Shown here one piece after another: positions 36,608 through 47,663 of a stretch of DNA of 64,000 nt (positions within the stretch are counted from its first letter, which is position 1; the number at the start of each line of letters is the position of its first letter). The translations under genes and the position numbers were made by a program. The notes under the pieces are model-generated. The model saw only the letters and a program-made list of their open reading frames with translations, was not told where the DNA came from and did not search any database. The stretch is from positions 769,930 through 833,929 of the forward strand of contig CAVWKW010000003.1 in NCBI GenBank assembly GCA_963755705.1, in the 5' to 3' direction. Source of the stretch: an uncultured delta proteobacterium. Lineage in GTDB: Bacteria > Desulfobacterota > Binatia > Binatales > Binataceae.

Positions 36608-37441
36608 CTACAGCACTGCCGCGCGGACCCTTGCCAAGCGGGCGGCCAGGGACTTGAGTCCTTCGACCATGTGGACACCGTACCAATGGAGGTCGCGGCC
36701 GCTCACGATCAGGACGCGGCGCGACAGGCCGGGCGGAAGCGTGGTGCGCAATTCTTCGACGTCGCTTTCGGCGAAATCATACGGCTCGTCGGGCAGCAAC
36801 ACGATGTCGGGTCGCAGGTCGAGCGCCTGCTCGAGCGTGGTCATCGGATAGCGCTCACCGGCGGACGCGTAGATATTGTTGTATCCGAGCATCCGCAGCA
36901 CGTCGTGCGCATAAGTGTCGGCGTTAAACGCCATCCAGGGTTTTTTCCAAATCGGACAAAAGACGCGCAGGCGGAGCTTGGCCCACACGCCCATGCCGGC
37001 TTCGATCTCGCTAACGGTGAGAGTAATTTCGCGGGCGAGCGCACCGGCTTCGGGCTCGCATCCGGTGGCGCGGCCGATTTTCAGCAGCGATTCGACCGCG
37101 GCCGGGACGGTCCGCGGGTAGGTGGTCATCACGGCGATTCCCTGCGCGCGCATCCGTTCGACGTCCTCGCGCCGGTTCTCTTCGGCGTTGGCGATGATCA
37201 AATCGGGATGCAGATTCGCGATCGCGCGCAGATCAGGATTTTTGGTCCCGCCGATTTTAGCGATCGGCGCAACCTCTTTCTCCGGCGAGACGCAGAACTT
37301 GGTCACGCCGACGACACGGTCGCCGATTCCGAGTGCGAACAGCGTTTCGGTCCAGCTCGGCACCAGCGAAATAATCCGGCGCGGAGGAGCTTGCAGCTCG
37401 ACCCGAAAACCGAGGTCATCGACGATTTGATTTTGCGCCAT
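36608..37441 (-). CDS. ABC-transporter periplasmic substrate-binding protein, BtuF/FecB (cobalamin/siderophore, class III SBP) type
   Basis: RIISLVPSWTETLFALGIGDRVVGVT...NPDLRAIANLHPDLIIA is the typical helical-backbone metal-receptor pattern. No permease or ATPase gene is adjacent. Confidence 0.7.
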   Translation of the reverse strand: MAQNQIVDDLGFRVELQAPPRRIISLVPSWTETLFALGIGDRVVGVTKFCVSPEKEVAPIAKIGGTKNPDLRAIANLHPDLIIANAEENRREDVERMRAQGIAVMTTYPRTVPAAVESLLKIGRATGCEPEAGALAREITLTVSEIEAGMGVWAKLRLRVFCPIWKKPWMAFNADTYAHDVLRMLGYNNIYASAGERYPMTTLEQALDLRPDIVLLPDEPYDFAESDVEELRTTLPPGLSRRVLIVSGRDLHWYGVHMVEGLKSLAARLARVRAAVL

Positions 37442-37449
37442 CGCCGAGG

Positions 37450-37692
37450 CTACCGGGCCTTATTCTTGAGCGTGTCATCGAGTTGCTTGCGGTCGCTCGC
37501 GGAGAGATCTTCGCTCGGCATCGCGGCCGGCGCGATCGCGGGATTATCCGGCGGGCGATAGGCGAGGTAGTGAATCGCTTTGGGCATCAACGTGCGGCGC
37601 ACCACGAACCCGGCGATCAGAACGATGATCGCGATAAGCAGCAAGATGCCGGGTCCGCGCCCGCGCCGCTTCTTTCTTTTCTTCGCCATCAA
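37450..37692 (-). CDS. Small basic single-pass membrane protein (80 aa), unknown function
   Basis: MMAKKRKKRRGRGPGILLLIAIIVLIAGFVV is a poly-basic N-terminus followed by a TM helix. It is wedged between the FAD-reductase and SBP genes on the same strand. Gene status is uncertain. Confidence 0.35.
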   Translation of the reverse strand: MMAKKRKKRRGRGPGILLLIAIIVLIAGFVVRRTLMPKAIHYLAYRPPDNPAIAPAAMPSEDLSASDRKQLDDTLKNKAR

Positions 37693-37701
37693 TTCACAAA
37701 T

Positions 37702-38937
37702 TTATCTGACCGGCGCGCCCGATAGAATCTCGCGCAACCATCGCGCGACCAGAGTACGGGTCGGACGCTCGTCGGTGTGATGAGCGCCGTTGTACCAATC
37801 GACGCCGATGTCCTGCGCGCGGCGGCTCATCCGCGCCATCCGGAAATACATCCGATGGCGCGGTCCGTAAAAATGGCGCGCGGCGAAGGAGAGCTTGCCG
37901 AGCTTGCGGCCGACCGCGCCGCGATGCAGCGCGCGATCATAGGCGGCGAGTGCGCGCGAATTTCCTCCGAGCATTTCCGCTACCGCGTTTGCGGCGAGTT
38001 TGCCGTGCTCGAACGCGCAGGAGATGCCCTCGCCCATCAGCGGATCGACTCCGGCGGCATCGCCGGCCAGAATTACACGGCCGTTTACGTAGCGGTCGCG
38101 CGCGTCGAACCACCTTATTGGAAACGCGCGAAATGCCTGGGTTCGATTTTCGAGCGCCGCCAGCGGCAACTCGGGAAAAGCGGCGCGCAACTCGGTCAGC
38201 ATCTGCGCCTGCTCGCCGCCGGCGGCACCCGACGCGCGCGGATGCTGATCGTAGATACCTACATTCAGATGCGGATTGCCGTCGATCAGGCACGGGAACG
38301 ACCACGCATAGCCGGGGATACCCGCGCTGACACAGCGGAAGTCGAAGCAATAGCGCTGCTGCGCGAACTCGACCGCGCTGCCCGGATCGGCGGGAATATC
38401 AGCCATCAGGGCGCGACCTATCGATTCCTTTCCCGCTCCAAAGACGGCGGCACGGACGCGGCTGCCGGAGCCGTCGGCACCGACCAGGACTTTGGCCTCG
38501 AACGCGCCGCGATCGGTTTCGACGCGGACGCGTTCAGCGTTCTGCGAGACAGCGAGCACGCGCGTGTGCTCGGCGAGCTCGAGTCCGGCGGCAAGCGCGG
38601 CGTTCGCGAGGTGCGCGTCGAACTGGTCGCGCCGGATGATCGTGCATAGCGGCTCCCCGCGATCGAGGATGACCGAGCCAACCGGAGTGCGCGCCTCACC
38701 ACGCATAACGGTGCATGCGGGAACGTCGAGCGGGACGCCAAGCTCCTCGAGCGCGAGAATGGTTTTGGGAATGAGACCGCCCGCGCAGGTCTTGAAGCGG
38801 GGATGCGCGGATTTTTCGAGCGCGATCACCCGCCCCGCCAGCTCGGGCCGCGCGCGCATCAGGTAGAGCGCGGTGGCGAGGCCGGCGGGACCCGCGCCCG
38901 CGATAAGAACGTCGCACCTGTATACAGAAGCAGCCAC
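37702..38937 (-). CDS. FAD-dependent oxidoreductase, geranylgeranyl-reductase / FixC-like family
   Basis: The dinucleotide-binding motif CDVLIAGAGPAGLATALYL opens the protein. 411 aa. Confidence 0.75.
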   Translation of the reverse strand: MAASVYRCDVLIAGAGPAGLATALYLMRARPELAGRVIALEKSAHPRFKTCAGGLIPKTILALEELGVPLDVPACTVMRGEARTPVGSVILDRGEPLCTIIRRDQFDAHLANAALAAGLELAEHTRVLAVSQNAERVRVETDRGAFEAKVLVGADGSGSRVRAAVFGAGKESIGRALMADIPADPGSAVEFAQQRYCFDFRCVSAGIPGYAWSFPCLIDGNPHLNVGIYDQHPRASGAAGGEQAQMLTELRAAFPELPLAALENRTQAFRAFPIRWFDARDRYVNGRVILAGDAAGVDPLMGEGISCAFEHGKLAANAVAEMLGGNSRALAAYDRALHRGAVGRKLGKLSFAARHFYGPRHRMYFRMARMSRRAQDIGVDWYNGAHHTDERPTRTLVARWLREILSGAPVR

Positions 38938-39059
38938 CGGGAACTACCGGTAGCATCGCGATGCGTCCGGCGAAAGCGCGGGCGGCATCCAGCGCAAAAT
39001 AAAACGACGGCGCCGCGTGTTTGCAGCGCCGCCGTATCGAGGAATCCGAAGATGCGCGC

Positions 39060-40685
39060 TTAGTCGCCACCTCCGGGTTTGATCACGGTGTAGAGCGTCG
39101 CTTCGCCGCGCGCGATCAACAGCAACGCGGGTTTCTTGCTGGCCTGCACCGCCTTGGCTTTGGCGACGAAGTCCTTCACGTCGGCAACCTTCTCGCGATT
39201 TACTTCCAGGACGATATCGCCGGGCTGCAAACTCGCATCGGCTGCCGGGCTGTCGGGCGCGACCTGGCGGACGACCACGCCCTTGTCGCGTTGCAGATGG
39301 AACTGCTGCGCGAGTTCCGGCGTAATATCACCGACCTGCATGCCCCAGCTTCCGCCTGGCTGTTCGGATTTCGCGCTGGCTACTTTTTGCTCTTTGAGCT
39401 CGCCGACTTTGACCGTCATCGTCAGCGGTTTGCCGTTGCGCAGCACCTCGACCGGGACGCTGGCATTGACTGGAGTCTCAGCTACCAATTCCGGCAGCTC
39501 GTGCTCGTCGTGAACCGCCTTGTTGTTGAACTTGACGATAATATCGCCGCGCTCGATTCCAGCCTTGGCGGCGGGACCGTCTTTGTCCGCGTTGGCGACC
39601 AGAGCGCCTTCGGCTTTGGGCAATCCAAAGGATTGCGCGAGGTCTTCGGTGACCTCCTGGATCTCGACCCCGAGCCATCCGCGGACCACGCGTCCGTGCG
39701 CCTTCAGCTGGTCCATCACGTTGCGCGCCATATCGATCGGAATTGCGAATCCGATTCCGTTGTTGGCACCGGTGCGGCTGTAGATAGCGGTATTGATTCC
39801 GATCACCTGGCCAGCGGTATTGAACAGCGGGCCGCCGGAGTTGCCGGGATTGATCGAGGCGTCGGTCTGCAGGAAATCGTCGTAGTTGCCGCCCAGGATG
39901 CGACCCTTGGCGCTGACGATTCCCGCTGTGACCGTGAGGGAAAAGCCGAACGGATTTCCGATCGCGATAACCCAGTCGCCAACCTCGGTTGCGTCGGAAT
40001 CTCCCAGCACTGCGGCGGGAAGCTGATCCTTGGTGTCGATCTTGATCAGCGCGAGATCGGTCTTGGGATCTTTGCCGATCACCTTGGCGGTGAATTCGCG
40101 TTTGTCCATCAGGGTGACGTGGATTTCCTCCGCGCCGCCAACCACGTGGTTGTTGGTCAGGATGTACCCGTCGGGCGATACGATTACGCCGGAGCCGAGT
40201 CCGTGCTGTTTGTACTCACGCGGAATCTGGCCAAAGAAACGGCGGAACTGCTCGAACGGATCGCCATTTCCATTGCCCATACCGGGAGGCATCTGCGGGG
40301 GTCCGGCTCCCGGACCGCCTTCGTCACCACCGCCTCCTTCGTCACCGCCGCCGTCGCCTTCGTCGCCAGGTCCGCCGAAGCCGGAGCTCTTGACGTCCTG
40401 CACTACGGCGACGTTGACAACCGTCGGCATCACGCGCTTGACCAGCGGTGCAAATGAACCGATCGCGCCCGCGCGGCCCGCGCTCTCAGAGGTCTGCGGG
40501 GGAGTCTGCAGAGGAGGCCCTGATGCGACCGCGCTCATCGAGGAAACGGCTTGCGGCGCCGAAGAATCGGCTTTGGATGAATCCTTATCGCCGGAACTCC
40601 AGAACGGGAACGCGCCGGCACGCGCAAAAGCGATTATCAGTCCAAGTACCACGCCGCCCGCGATGGCGGCGATTTTCCTAGCCAT
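39060..40685 (-). CDS. Do/DegP/HtrA-family periplasmic serine endoprotease with two PDZ domains
   Basis: A signal peptide is followed by a trypsin-like domain with GNSGGPLFN (the catalytic Ser). Two PDZ segments follow. There is an unusual acidic Gly-rich insert (GGPGDEGDGGGDEGGGGDEGGPGAGPPQMPPGMGNGNGDPF). Confidence 0.85.
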   Translation of the reverse strand: MARKIAAIAGGVVLGLIIAFARAGAFPFWSSGDKDSSKADSSAPQAVSSMSAVASGPPLQTPPQTSESAGRAGAIGSFAPLVKRVMPTVVNVAVVQDVKSSGFGGPGDEGDGGGDEGGGGDEGGPGAGPPQMPPGMGNGNGDPFEQFRRFFGQIPREYKQHGLGSGVIVSPDGYILTNNHVVGGAEEIHVTLMDKREFTAKVIGKDPKTDLALIKIDTKDQLPAAVLGDSDATEVGDWVIAIGNPFGFSLTVTAGIVSAKGRILGGNYDDFLQTDASINPGNSGGPLFNTAGQVIGINTAIYSRTGANNGIGFAIPIDMARNVMDQLKAHGRVVRGWLGVEIQEVTEDLAQSFGLPKAEGALVANADKDGPAAKAGIERGDIIVKFNNKAVHDEHELPELVAETPVNASVPVEVLRNGKPLTMTVKVGELKEQKVASAKSEQPGGSWGMQVGDITPELAQQFHLQRDKGVVVRQVAPDSPAADASLQPGDIVLEVNREKVADVKDFVAKAKAVQASKKPALLLIARGEATLYTVIKPGGGD

Positions 40686-40992
40686 GCAAACCTCCTCGAT
40701 TCCTGTGGTCAGCCCGAAAGGGGTAACCCTTGCAATATCGGACGATAAAAACGCGCCCGAAATTCAGGTTGCTCTAGAATACTAGAAGCAGCGCCAAGGT
40801 CTATACCGGAATCGTGCCGGATTGGTGATTTTTCCGGATCGGCCAGGGATCGGCCCGCGGTAACGGTTGTCGCAGTCAGAAATCGATTCCAGAGGTCTCT
40901 CACCCGCGCGTCACGGCGATTGCTAAAGGGAGCAATCACCGCGCCACGTACCCTCCCCCCAATCTTGTGGGGAGAGGGACAATCCGGTGGCG

Positions 40993-41682
40993 CTAGCGAG
41001 AGACCTGCTGCGGGCGGAAGAGCGAAACATTGCGCTCGAGCTCCGCCAGCGCCCAGTCGCACCAGCGCAGGTTCTCTTCCATCCAGCCGATCCCGTACTT
41101 CAGCGTGAAAAAAGAGAACATCACGTTGACGTCCGGATAGCGCTGGACGTGCGCGAAGAAGCCTCGCTCGATTTCGCGCAACTCTTCCAGATAGTGGCCG
41201 GTCTCGCGCCGATGCTCCTCAAGCTGGGCGCGGGCTGCGTCGGCGCCGAGGTGTCCGAGAAACCGGGTCCGCAAGAGTGGCGGATACTTGAGCTTCATCT
41301 TCTCGAACGGGCTATGGAGCCATCGCGTGAGTGCGCGCTCGCCGGCCGGCGTGCTCGAAAACTCGCGCTTGTTCGGGCGCCCTTGCTGGATCACCTGCCG
41401 GCTCTTGATCCATCCTGCCGCTTCCATCCGCTCGAGCGTGGGATAAATCTGTCCCTGATGCGCATGCCAGAAATGACGCATCGAGAGCTCGAAGATCTTC
41501 ACGATATCGTAGCCCGACACTCCGGGAGATTCCGAAACGAGTCCCAAAAGCGCGTACTCGAGTGACGATTTGATCGCGCCGGGACGCTCGCGCGCGGGCT
41601 CGATTGGCGCGGCGGCGCGCGCCGTACCGGAATCGAGTCCGGCGCGCGCCGCCCGCTTTGGCTTGGCCGCCAGCTTCTTCAT
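40993..41682 (-). CDS. PadR family transcriptional regulator (extended)
   Basis: The PadR wHTH is LEYALLGLVSESPGVSGYDIVKIF...IYPTLERMEAAGWIKS. The start is taken at MKKLAAKP. The upstream part of the maximal ORF is Arg-rich antisense of the oxygenase gene. Confidence 0.65.
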   Translation of the reverse strand: MKKLAAKPKRAARAGLDSGTARAAAPIEPARERPGAIKSSLEYALLGLVSESPGVSGYDIVKIFELSMRHFWHAHQGQIYPTLERMEAAGWIKSRQVIQQGRPNKREFSSTPAGERALTRWLHSPFEKMKLKYPPLLRTRFLGHLGADAARAQLEEHRRETGHYLEELREIERGFFAHVQRYPDVNVMFSFFTLKYGIGWMEENLRWCDWALAELERNVSLFRPQQVSR

Positions 41683-41690
41683 CTTCGAGG

Positions 41691-43051
41691 TCAGGCGGGC
41701 ACCCAGTTGCCATGGAAACCGAACGGGACGCGATGAGGCGCCTTGACGCGCGCGACCGCCGTGCCGCCGAAATCCTGCGCGTTCTGAATTACCATCTCGC
41801 TCGTGTTCTCGGCTCGATCGTACCAGACCGAGAGCACCCAGCCTTCGTCCTCGCCCGAGCTTGCGCTGCGCGGGACGAAGACCGGCTCGCCGGGCGTTTT
41901 GTTGCCACCGAGCGTCTGAAGTTCGTGCTTGCCGGTCTGGTAGTCGCGCTTGATCACGGAAGTGAAACCGAGCGCGCGATCTTTCTTGTCGGTGCCGCCG
42001 GCGAAATAGCCGTAGCGATGCTTCAGTCCGGCCCGGCGTTCGTCGAGGCGCGGGAACTCGCTCGAGGTGTCGTCGATCTGGCGATCGCGCATCGAGCCGT
42101 CTTTCAAGTTGAGGGTCCACTGCCACGGCATCGCCGGATCACCGAAGGAGTTGCCGCCCATGTTGAGCGAGTTGAGGCGGCATCCGTCGATCACGAGCGA
42201 GCCGTTTTCCTCATAAGCATTGAGAAAATGAAAAACGTAGAACGCGTCGGTGTGGAACCATTTGATCTCGCCGGACTTGCGATGCATCGCGCCGATCCTG
42301 GTCCCATGCTGCGGCTCCCAAGCCATCACGGGCAGACCCTTCGACGCGTTCTCGATCCGGAACACGGAAGGACACACGAAGAAGATCGCGTAGTTATCCG
42401 TGGTGACGAAATCGTGCATCATCACCGGAAGACCGGAATCGATCGCGCGAGTCTCGAGCAGGTTGCCCGCCTTGTCGGCGCGGTACCACGTCGTATACGG
42501 CGGAAACGGCGAGTAGCCGAAGAACAGCAGATCGCCGTTTTTCGGATCGTACTTAGGATGCGCCGTTACCGGGCCGTTCACCTTGCCGCCAAAGCTGTAC
42601 ATCCCAACCGTTTCGAGCGTCTCGGGCTTGAGCTCGGTCGGCAGTCCGCCCTCCATCAGCGCGAGCAGCCGATTTGCGTATCCGATAATATTGGTGTTGG
42701 CCTGATTCTTCATCGGCGGAACATCGGCCGGAACTTCGCGCATCATGCCGTCGATCAAACCGCCGTAGAGCGCGCGGCCATACTTCATCTCGGCCTTGAG
42801 TCCCTCGGTCTTGACGTAGCGATTGCGATAGGCCGCGCGGCCGTCGCGCAGCAGAAAGCCGTGGACCATGCCGTCGCCGTCGAACCAGTGGTAGCGGCCG
42901 GCAGGCTTGAACTGCGGATTAGGTCCGATCCGGTAGAGCGCGCCCGAAAGCTCGTGCGGAATTTCGCCTTCGACCTCGAGATCGTAGGCGTCGCCCTCCT
43001 CGCGCCAGGGAGCGTAGTTGCCGCTAAGGTATGGATTGTCAGAATTCCACA
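41691..43051 (-). CDS. Carotenoid cleavage oxygenase family protein (RPE65/ACO/lignostilbene dioxygenase-like)
   Basis: YRIGPNPQF...HWFDGDGMVHGF and later His-containing blades match the CCO family. Starts at MWNSDN, with GGAGGA 8 nt upstream. Confidence 0.8.
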
Positions 43052-43290
43052 TCGGATGCGTCCTCCGTGATTGTGATCTTTTTCGTTCGTCTGGGGGCAC
43101 GGCTGAAAGCGCGCCTTCGTCTGTCATTACATTGTTGATATAGTCTATTATTGAGGTATAGGTCAAGTACCTCGATCGTGACGGTCCGATAGGCGACCCA
43201 CTCTTCTGATCGTGCAGTCCGGTGATTGCGTTCGGATGCAGTCGTGCGGTTGCGTTGCCGCTATTTTGGCGTGCGGATAGACTAGACGTT

Positions 43291-43812
43291 ATGCTCGTGC
43301 GCGTCGTTCTGTTTGCCGGCGGAGTCTTCGCCTGGAGCTTCGTCGAGTATGCGATTCACGGATGGCTCGGGCATCGGTTCCGTACCTTCGCGACTCCCCT
43401 GCACGCGGTGCATCATCAGGATCCTCATGCGGTGTTTACTGTCGGCGCATGGATACCAGTGACAGCGGTTACGCTGGCGGCGGTTGCGATTTTTGGCAAT
43501 TCGGCGGGCGTCTACGGGTTTTATGGGCTCGTCGCTGGATTCGTTCTGTACGAGGTTATTCACTACCGGATTCATTTCGCGCATCCCTCGAATCGGTTCG
43601 AGGAGCGGCTGCGCGGACGGCATCTGGCGCATCATCTGCGCGTCCCCGACGCCATCTTCGGAGTCACGACGGCGCTGTGGGACCATGCATTTGGCACAGA
43701 ACCTGCTGCCGATGAGCTTCGCCGAATTGAACGGGCGGCAGCCACGCTTCCTCCGCTGACCGGGGAGAGCAACTGGCGGCGCGCGTTCGCGCTCACGGCG
43801 CGCCGGGCCTGA
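43291..43812 (+). CDS. Fatty-acid hydroxylase / sterol-desaturase superfamily membrane protein (CrtZ-like size and His boxes)
   Basis: Four histidine boxes (HGWLGH, HAVHH, HYRIH, HLAHH) lie in a 173-aa polytopic protein. The start is taken at MLVRVV. Confidence 0.65.
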   Translation: MLVRVVLFAGGVFAWSFVEYAIHGWLGHRFRTFATPLHAVHHQDPHAVFTVGAWIPVTAVTLAAVAIFGNSAGVYGFYGLVAGFVLYEVIHYRIHFAHPSNRFEERLRGRHLAHHLRVPDAIFGVTTALWDHAFGTEPAADELRRIERAAATLPPLTGESNWRRAFALTARRA

Positions 43813-43866
43813 AACGCTCGCGCGACGAATGCGCGATAGCTTGACTCGTTATCTCAAGTCGAGCTA

Positions 43867-44556
43867 TTGGGTCGATACGTTATGTCGTCAAGGAGCCTGA
43901 AACCTGCGCCGCGACCGATTTCTGCGCCCAAGCCGCTGCCCTTGTGGGCGCGCGCTTTCGCCGAACCCGCACCCGCGCCGCGCATCGATGTGAAATTTCC
44001 GATCCTCGGCTTCCTGATGGAATCCGAAATGACCGGCTACGACCTCAAGCGCCGCTTCCAGGATCCGATCGGCTTCTTCTACCGAGTCAGCGACGGCTCC
44101 CTCTACCCAGCCCTTAAACGCATGGCGCTCGACGGCCTGGTCACAATGCGCTCGGAGCGGCATGGGCGGCGCACGCGCAAGGTTTACGCGATCACGCCCG
44201 CAGGCAGAGCGCGATTCTTGAAGACGCTGCGCGAGCCGGCACAGCCGCTGTTCATTTATGATGAATCGCAGATCAAGATTTATTTCGCCGAGCACGACCC
44301 GCAGGCCGCGCTCGAGCATCTGGATCGCGCCGGACGCGAAGATGCCGAGGTGGTGAAGATGCTCACCTGGCTGGCCGGCGAAATGAAGCGCCGCGGCGAC
44401 AGTCCGTTTCGGCAAATCGTGGTCGAGCTCGGACGCGCGGTGTGCGCCACCAAGGTCGAGGTTTTCACAAAGCTGACCGCGCAACTGAAACGCGAGATGG
44501 CTCCCACGCGCCGGATCCGCAATCGCCTGGCCGCGGCGGCCGCGGCGGGAAGATAG
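43867..44556 (+). CDS. PadR family transcriptional regulator
   Basis: FPILGFLMESEMTGYDLKRRFQ...GSLYPALKRMALDGLV is a PadR wHTH. The protein has an N-terminal ~45-aa Pro/Ala-rich extension. Confidence 0.7.
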   Translation: MGRYVMSSRSLKPAPRPISAPKPLPLWARAFAEPAPAPRIDVKFPILGFLMESEMTGYDLKRRFQDPIGFFYRVSDGSLYPALKRMALDGLVTMRSERHGRRTRKVYAITPAGRARFLKTLREPAQPLFIYDESQIKIYFAEHDPQAALEHLDRAGREDAEVVKMLTWLAGEMKRRGDSPFRQIVVELGRAVCATKVEVFTKLTAQLKREMAPTRRIRNRLAAAAAAGR

Positions 44557-44607
44557 TCGTCCATCAGATCGGAGATCGTGACTGGCAAGAATCGGGAGGG
44601 GGAGCAA

Positions 44608-45342
<735 letters not shown>

Positions 45343-45351
45343 GGACTGCCG

Positions 45352-46497
45352 ATGAAGTACATCGTACTGGTGCTGAAAAATCTGCTGCGCAGCAAGCGGC
45401 GCACGATCCTCACGATCTTCTCGATCGCGGTGTCGCTGTTTATTTTTTCCGCGTTGGTCAGCCTGCCCTCTGTCGCCAACGAAATTCTGTCCGACTCCGC
45501 GTCATCGACGCGGATCTCCTGCCACAACAAGGCTGGCCTCACCTACTCGATGCCCGAGGCGTATAAGCAGCGGATTGCCGCGACCCCGCACGTCGAAGCG
45601 GTCACGCCCGAGAGCTGGTTCGGCGGAATCTATCACGACGTCAACGATCAGTTTCCGAACCTGGCGGTCGATCCCGACTCCGCGGAGGCGATGTGGCCCG
45701 ACTGGGGCGTATCCAAAGAATCGTGGAAGAAATTCGAAAGCCTGCGCACCGCATGTCTGGTCGCCTCGGGCACGATGAAACGCTTCAACCTGCACGAGGG
45801 TCAGCAGATCATCCTGCGCGGCACGGTTTACCCGTTCAACGTCACGCTCGATATAGTGGGCGTAATGCAGGGCGGCAGCGCGCCCGCGAACTTCCTGATT
45901 TTCCGCCGCGACTATCTTGACGAGGCCGCGGGCCGTCCCGGTTTCGTCGATAACTACTGGGTGCGGGTCGATAAATCCCAGAACGTCCCGCAAGTGATTG
46001 CCGCGCTCGATGAAGGCTTCGCCAATTCCTCGGCGGAGACGCGCAGCGAGTCGGAGGCGGCGTTTATCGGCAGCTTCATGAACAACTTCCGGATGTTTTT
46101 CCGGCTGGCCGAGATTTTGGGCTTTATCGTCGTGCTGACGATCGGTCTGGTCGCCGCGAACACCGCCGCAATGTCGATTCGCGAACGGCGCGGAGAGATC
46201 GCGGTCATGCGCTCGATCGGGTTTCCCTCGAACACGATCTTGAGCCTGTTGCTGTCGGAGTCGCTGATTATCGGACTGCTCGGCGGAATTCTCGGATGCG
46301 GCGCGGCGTTTATCGTGCTCAAACTTTTCGCGGTCGGCAGCCCGGTGCTCGGGCCGCTGAGCGAAATCAGAATGCCCTTGTCGATCCTGATCGAGACGCT
46401 CCTCGTCGCCGCACTGATCGGACTCCTGAGCGCGTGGGTGCCCGCGCGCACCGCGGCGCGGCAGAATATCGTTGACGCGCTGCGGATGGTGGCCTGA
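45352..46497 (+). CDS. ABC transporter permease, FtsX/MacB-like (4-TM with large periplasmic loop)
   Basis: An N-terminal TM helix is followed by a periplasmic domain and three C-terminal TM helices, the FtsX-like pattern. Confidence 0.75.
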   Translation: MKYIVLVLKNLLRSKRRTILTIFSIAVSLFIFSALVSLPSVANEILSDSASSTRISCHNKAGLTYSMPEAYKQRIAATPHVEAVTPESWFGGIYHDVNDQFPNLAVDPDSAEAMWPDWGVSKESWKKFESLRTACLVASGTMKRFNLHEGQQIILRGTVYPFNVTLDIVGVMQGGSAPANFLIFRRDYLDEAAGRPGFVDNYWVRVDKSQNVPQVIAALDEGFANSSAETRSESEAAFIGSFMNNFRMFFRLAEILGFIVVLTIGLVAANTAAMSIRERRGEIAVMRSIGFPSNTILSLLLSESLIIGLLGGILGCGAAFIVLKLFAVGSPVLGPLSEIRMPLSILIETLLVAALIGLLSAWVPARTAARQNIVDALRMVA

Positions 46498-47660
46498 TGG
46501 CGATACCGCTCAAATACAACGTGCGCAGCCTGCTGGTGCGCCGAGTCTCGACCGGAATGACGGCGGGCGGAATCGCGCTGGTGGTCGCGGTGTTCGTGGT
46601 AGTGATGGCGATGGTCGCGGGGCTGGGCACGATGATCAGCGACACCGGCGAACCCGACAACATGATCGTGTTGCGCAAGGGCGCGACCACCGAGACCTAT
46701 TCGTCGATCAATCTCGATCAGTTCGACGCGATGAAGTTTCTGCCGCAGATTCGCCGCGACCCCGCGGGCAATCCAATGATCTCGCCCGAGCTGCCGGTGC
46801 AGGTGCTGATGCAACGGGAAAAGGGGCCGAGCGACAATATCGTCGTGCGCGGCGTGTTGCCGATCGCCCTCGAAGTGCATCAGAACGTGCGTCTCGTCGA
46901 AGGCCGGATGTTCAAGCCCGCGATGGGCGAAGTGATCGTCGGCAAGGGGCTCGCCGGCCGCTACGCAAACACCAAAGTCGGCTCGACCATGCAGTTCGGG
47001 CGCGGACAGTGGAAGGTCGTCGGAATCTTCAGCGCCGGCGGAAGCTCGTTCGAGTCCGAGGTCTGGGCCGATATTCACAACGTGCAAGACGATACCCAGC
47101 GCGGCGCTTATTACGCGACGGTGCGGCTCAAGATGGCTCCAGGAGCCGATTCAGAGGCGCTGATCAATCGAATCGCTGACGACCCGCGAATCAACCTTCA
47201 GGCCGAAACCGAGGCGCAGTACTATAAGGATCAATCGGTGGTCGCGAGCCAGATGCGTATGCTCGGCCTGATCGTCGCGATCATCATGGGTGTGGGCGCG
47301 GTGTTCGCCGCCATGAACACGATGTATGCAGCGGTCTCGGCGCGCACCTCGGAAATTGGGACGCTGCGCGCGCTCGGCTTCAGTCCCAACTCGGTTCTGC
47401 TGTGCTTCCTGATCGAGTCGGTGCTGCTGGCGACGGCGGCGGGCGCGATTGGAATTTTGCTCGCGATGCCGATCGACGGCTTCTCAACCACCTTCGGAAA
47501 CTTCGTCACGTTCTCGACCATGGCGTTCAACTTCCGGGTGACCTTCGCGATCGTGATCGAGGCGCTGGTCTTCTCCGCTTTGATGGGGATGCTCGGCGGA
47601 TGGCTGCCCGCGCGCCAGGCGATGCGCCTGGGGGTGGTCGACGCGCTCAGAAGGAGCTGA
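46497..47660 (+). CDS. ABC transporter permease, FtsX/MacB-like (second copy)
   Basis: Same architecture as the previous gene. Its start overlaps the previous stop. Confidence 0.75.
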   Translation: MAIPLKYNVRSLLVRRVSTGMTAGGIALVVAVFVVVMAMVAGLGTMISDTGEPDNMIVLRKGATTETYSSINLDQFDAMKFLPQIRRDPAGNPMISPELPVQVLMQREKGPSDNIVVRGVLPIALEVHQNVRLVEGRMFKPAMGEVIVGKGLAGRYANTKVGSTMQFGRGQWKVVGIFSAGGSSFESEVWADIHNVQDDTQRGAYYATVRLKMAPGADSEALINRIADDPRINLQAETEAQYYKDQSVVASQMRMLGLIVAIIMGVGAVFAAMNTMYAAVSARTSEIGTLRALGFSPNSVLLCFLIESVLLATAAGAIGILLAMPIDGFSTTFGNFVTFSTMAFNFRVTFAIVIEALVFSALMGMLGGWLPARQAMRLGVVDALRRS

Positions 47661-47663
47661 CCG

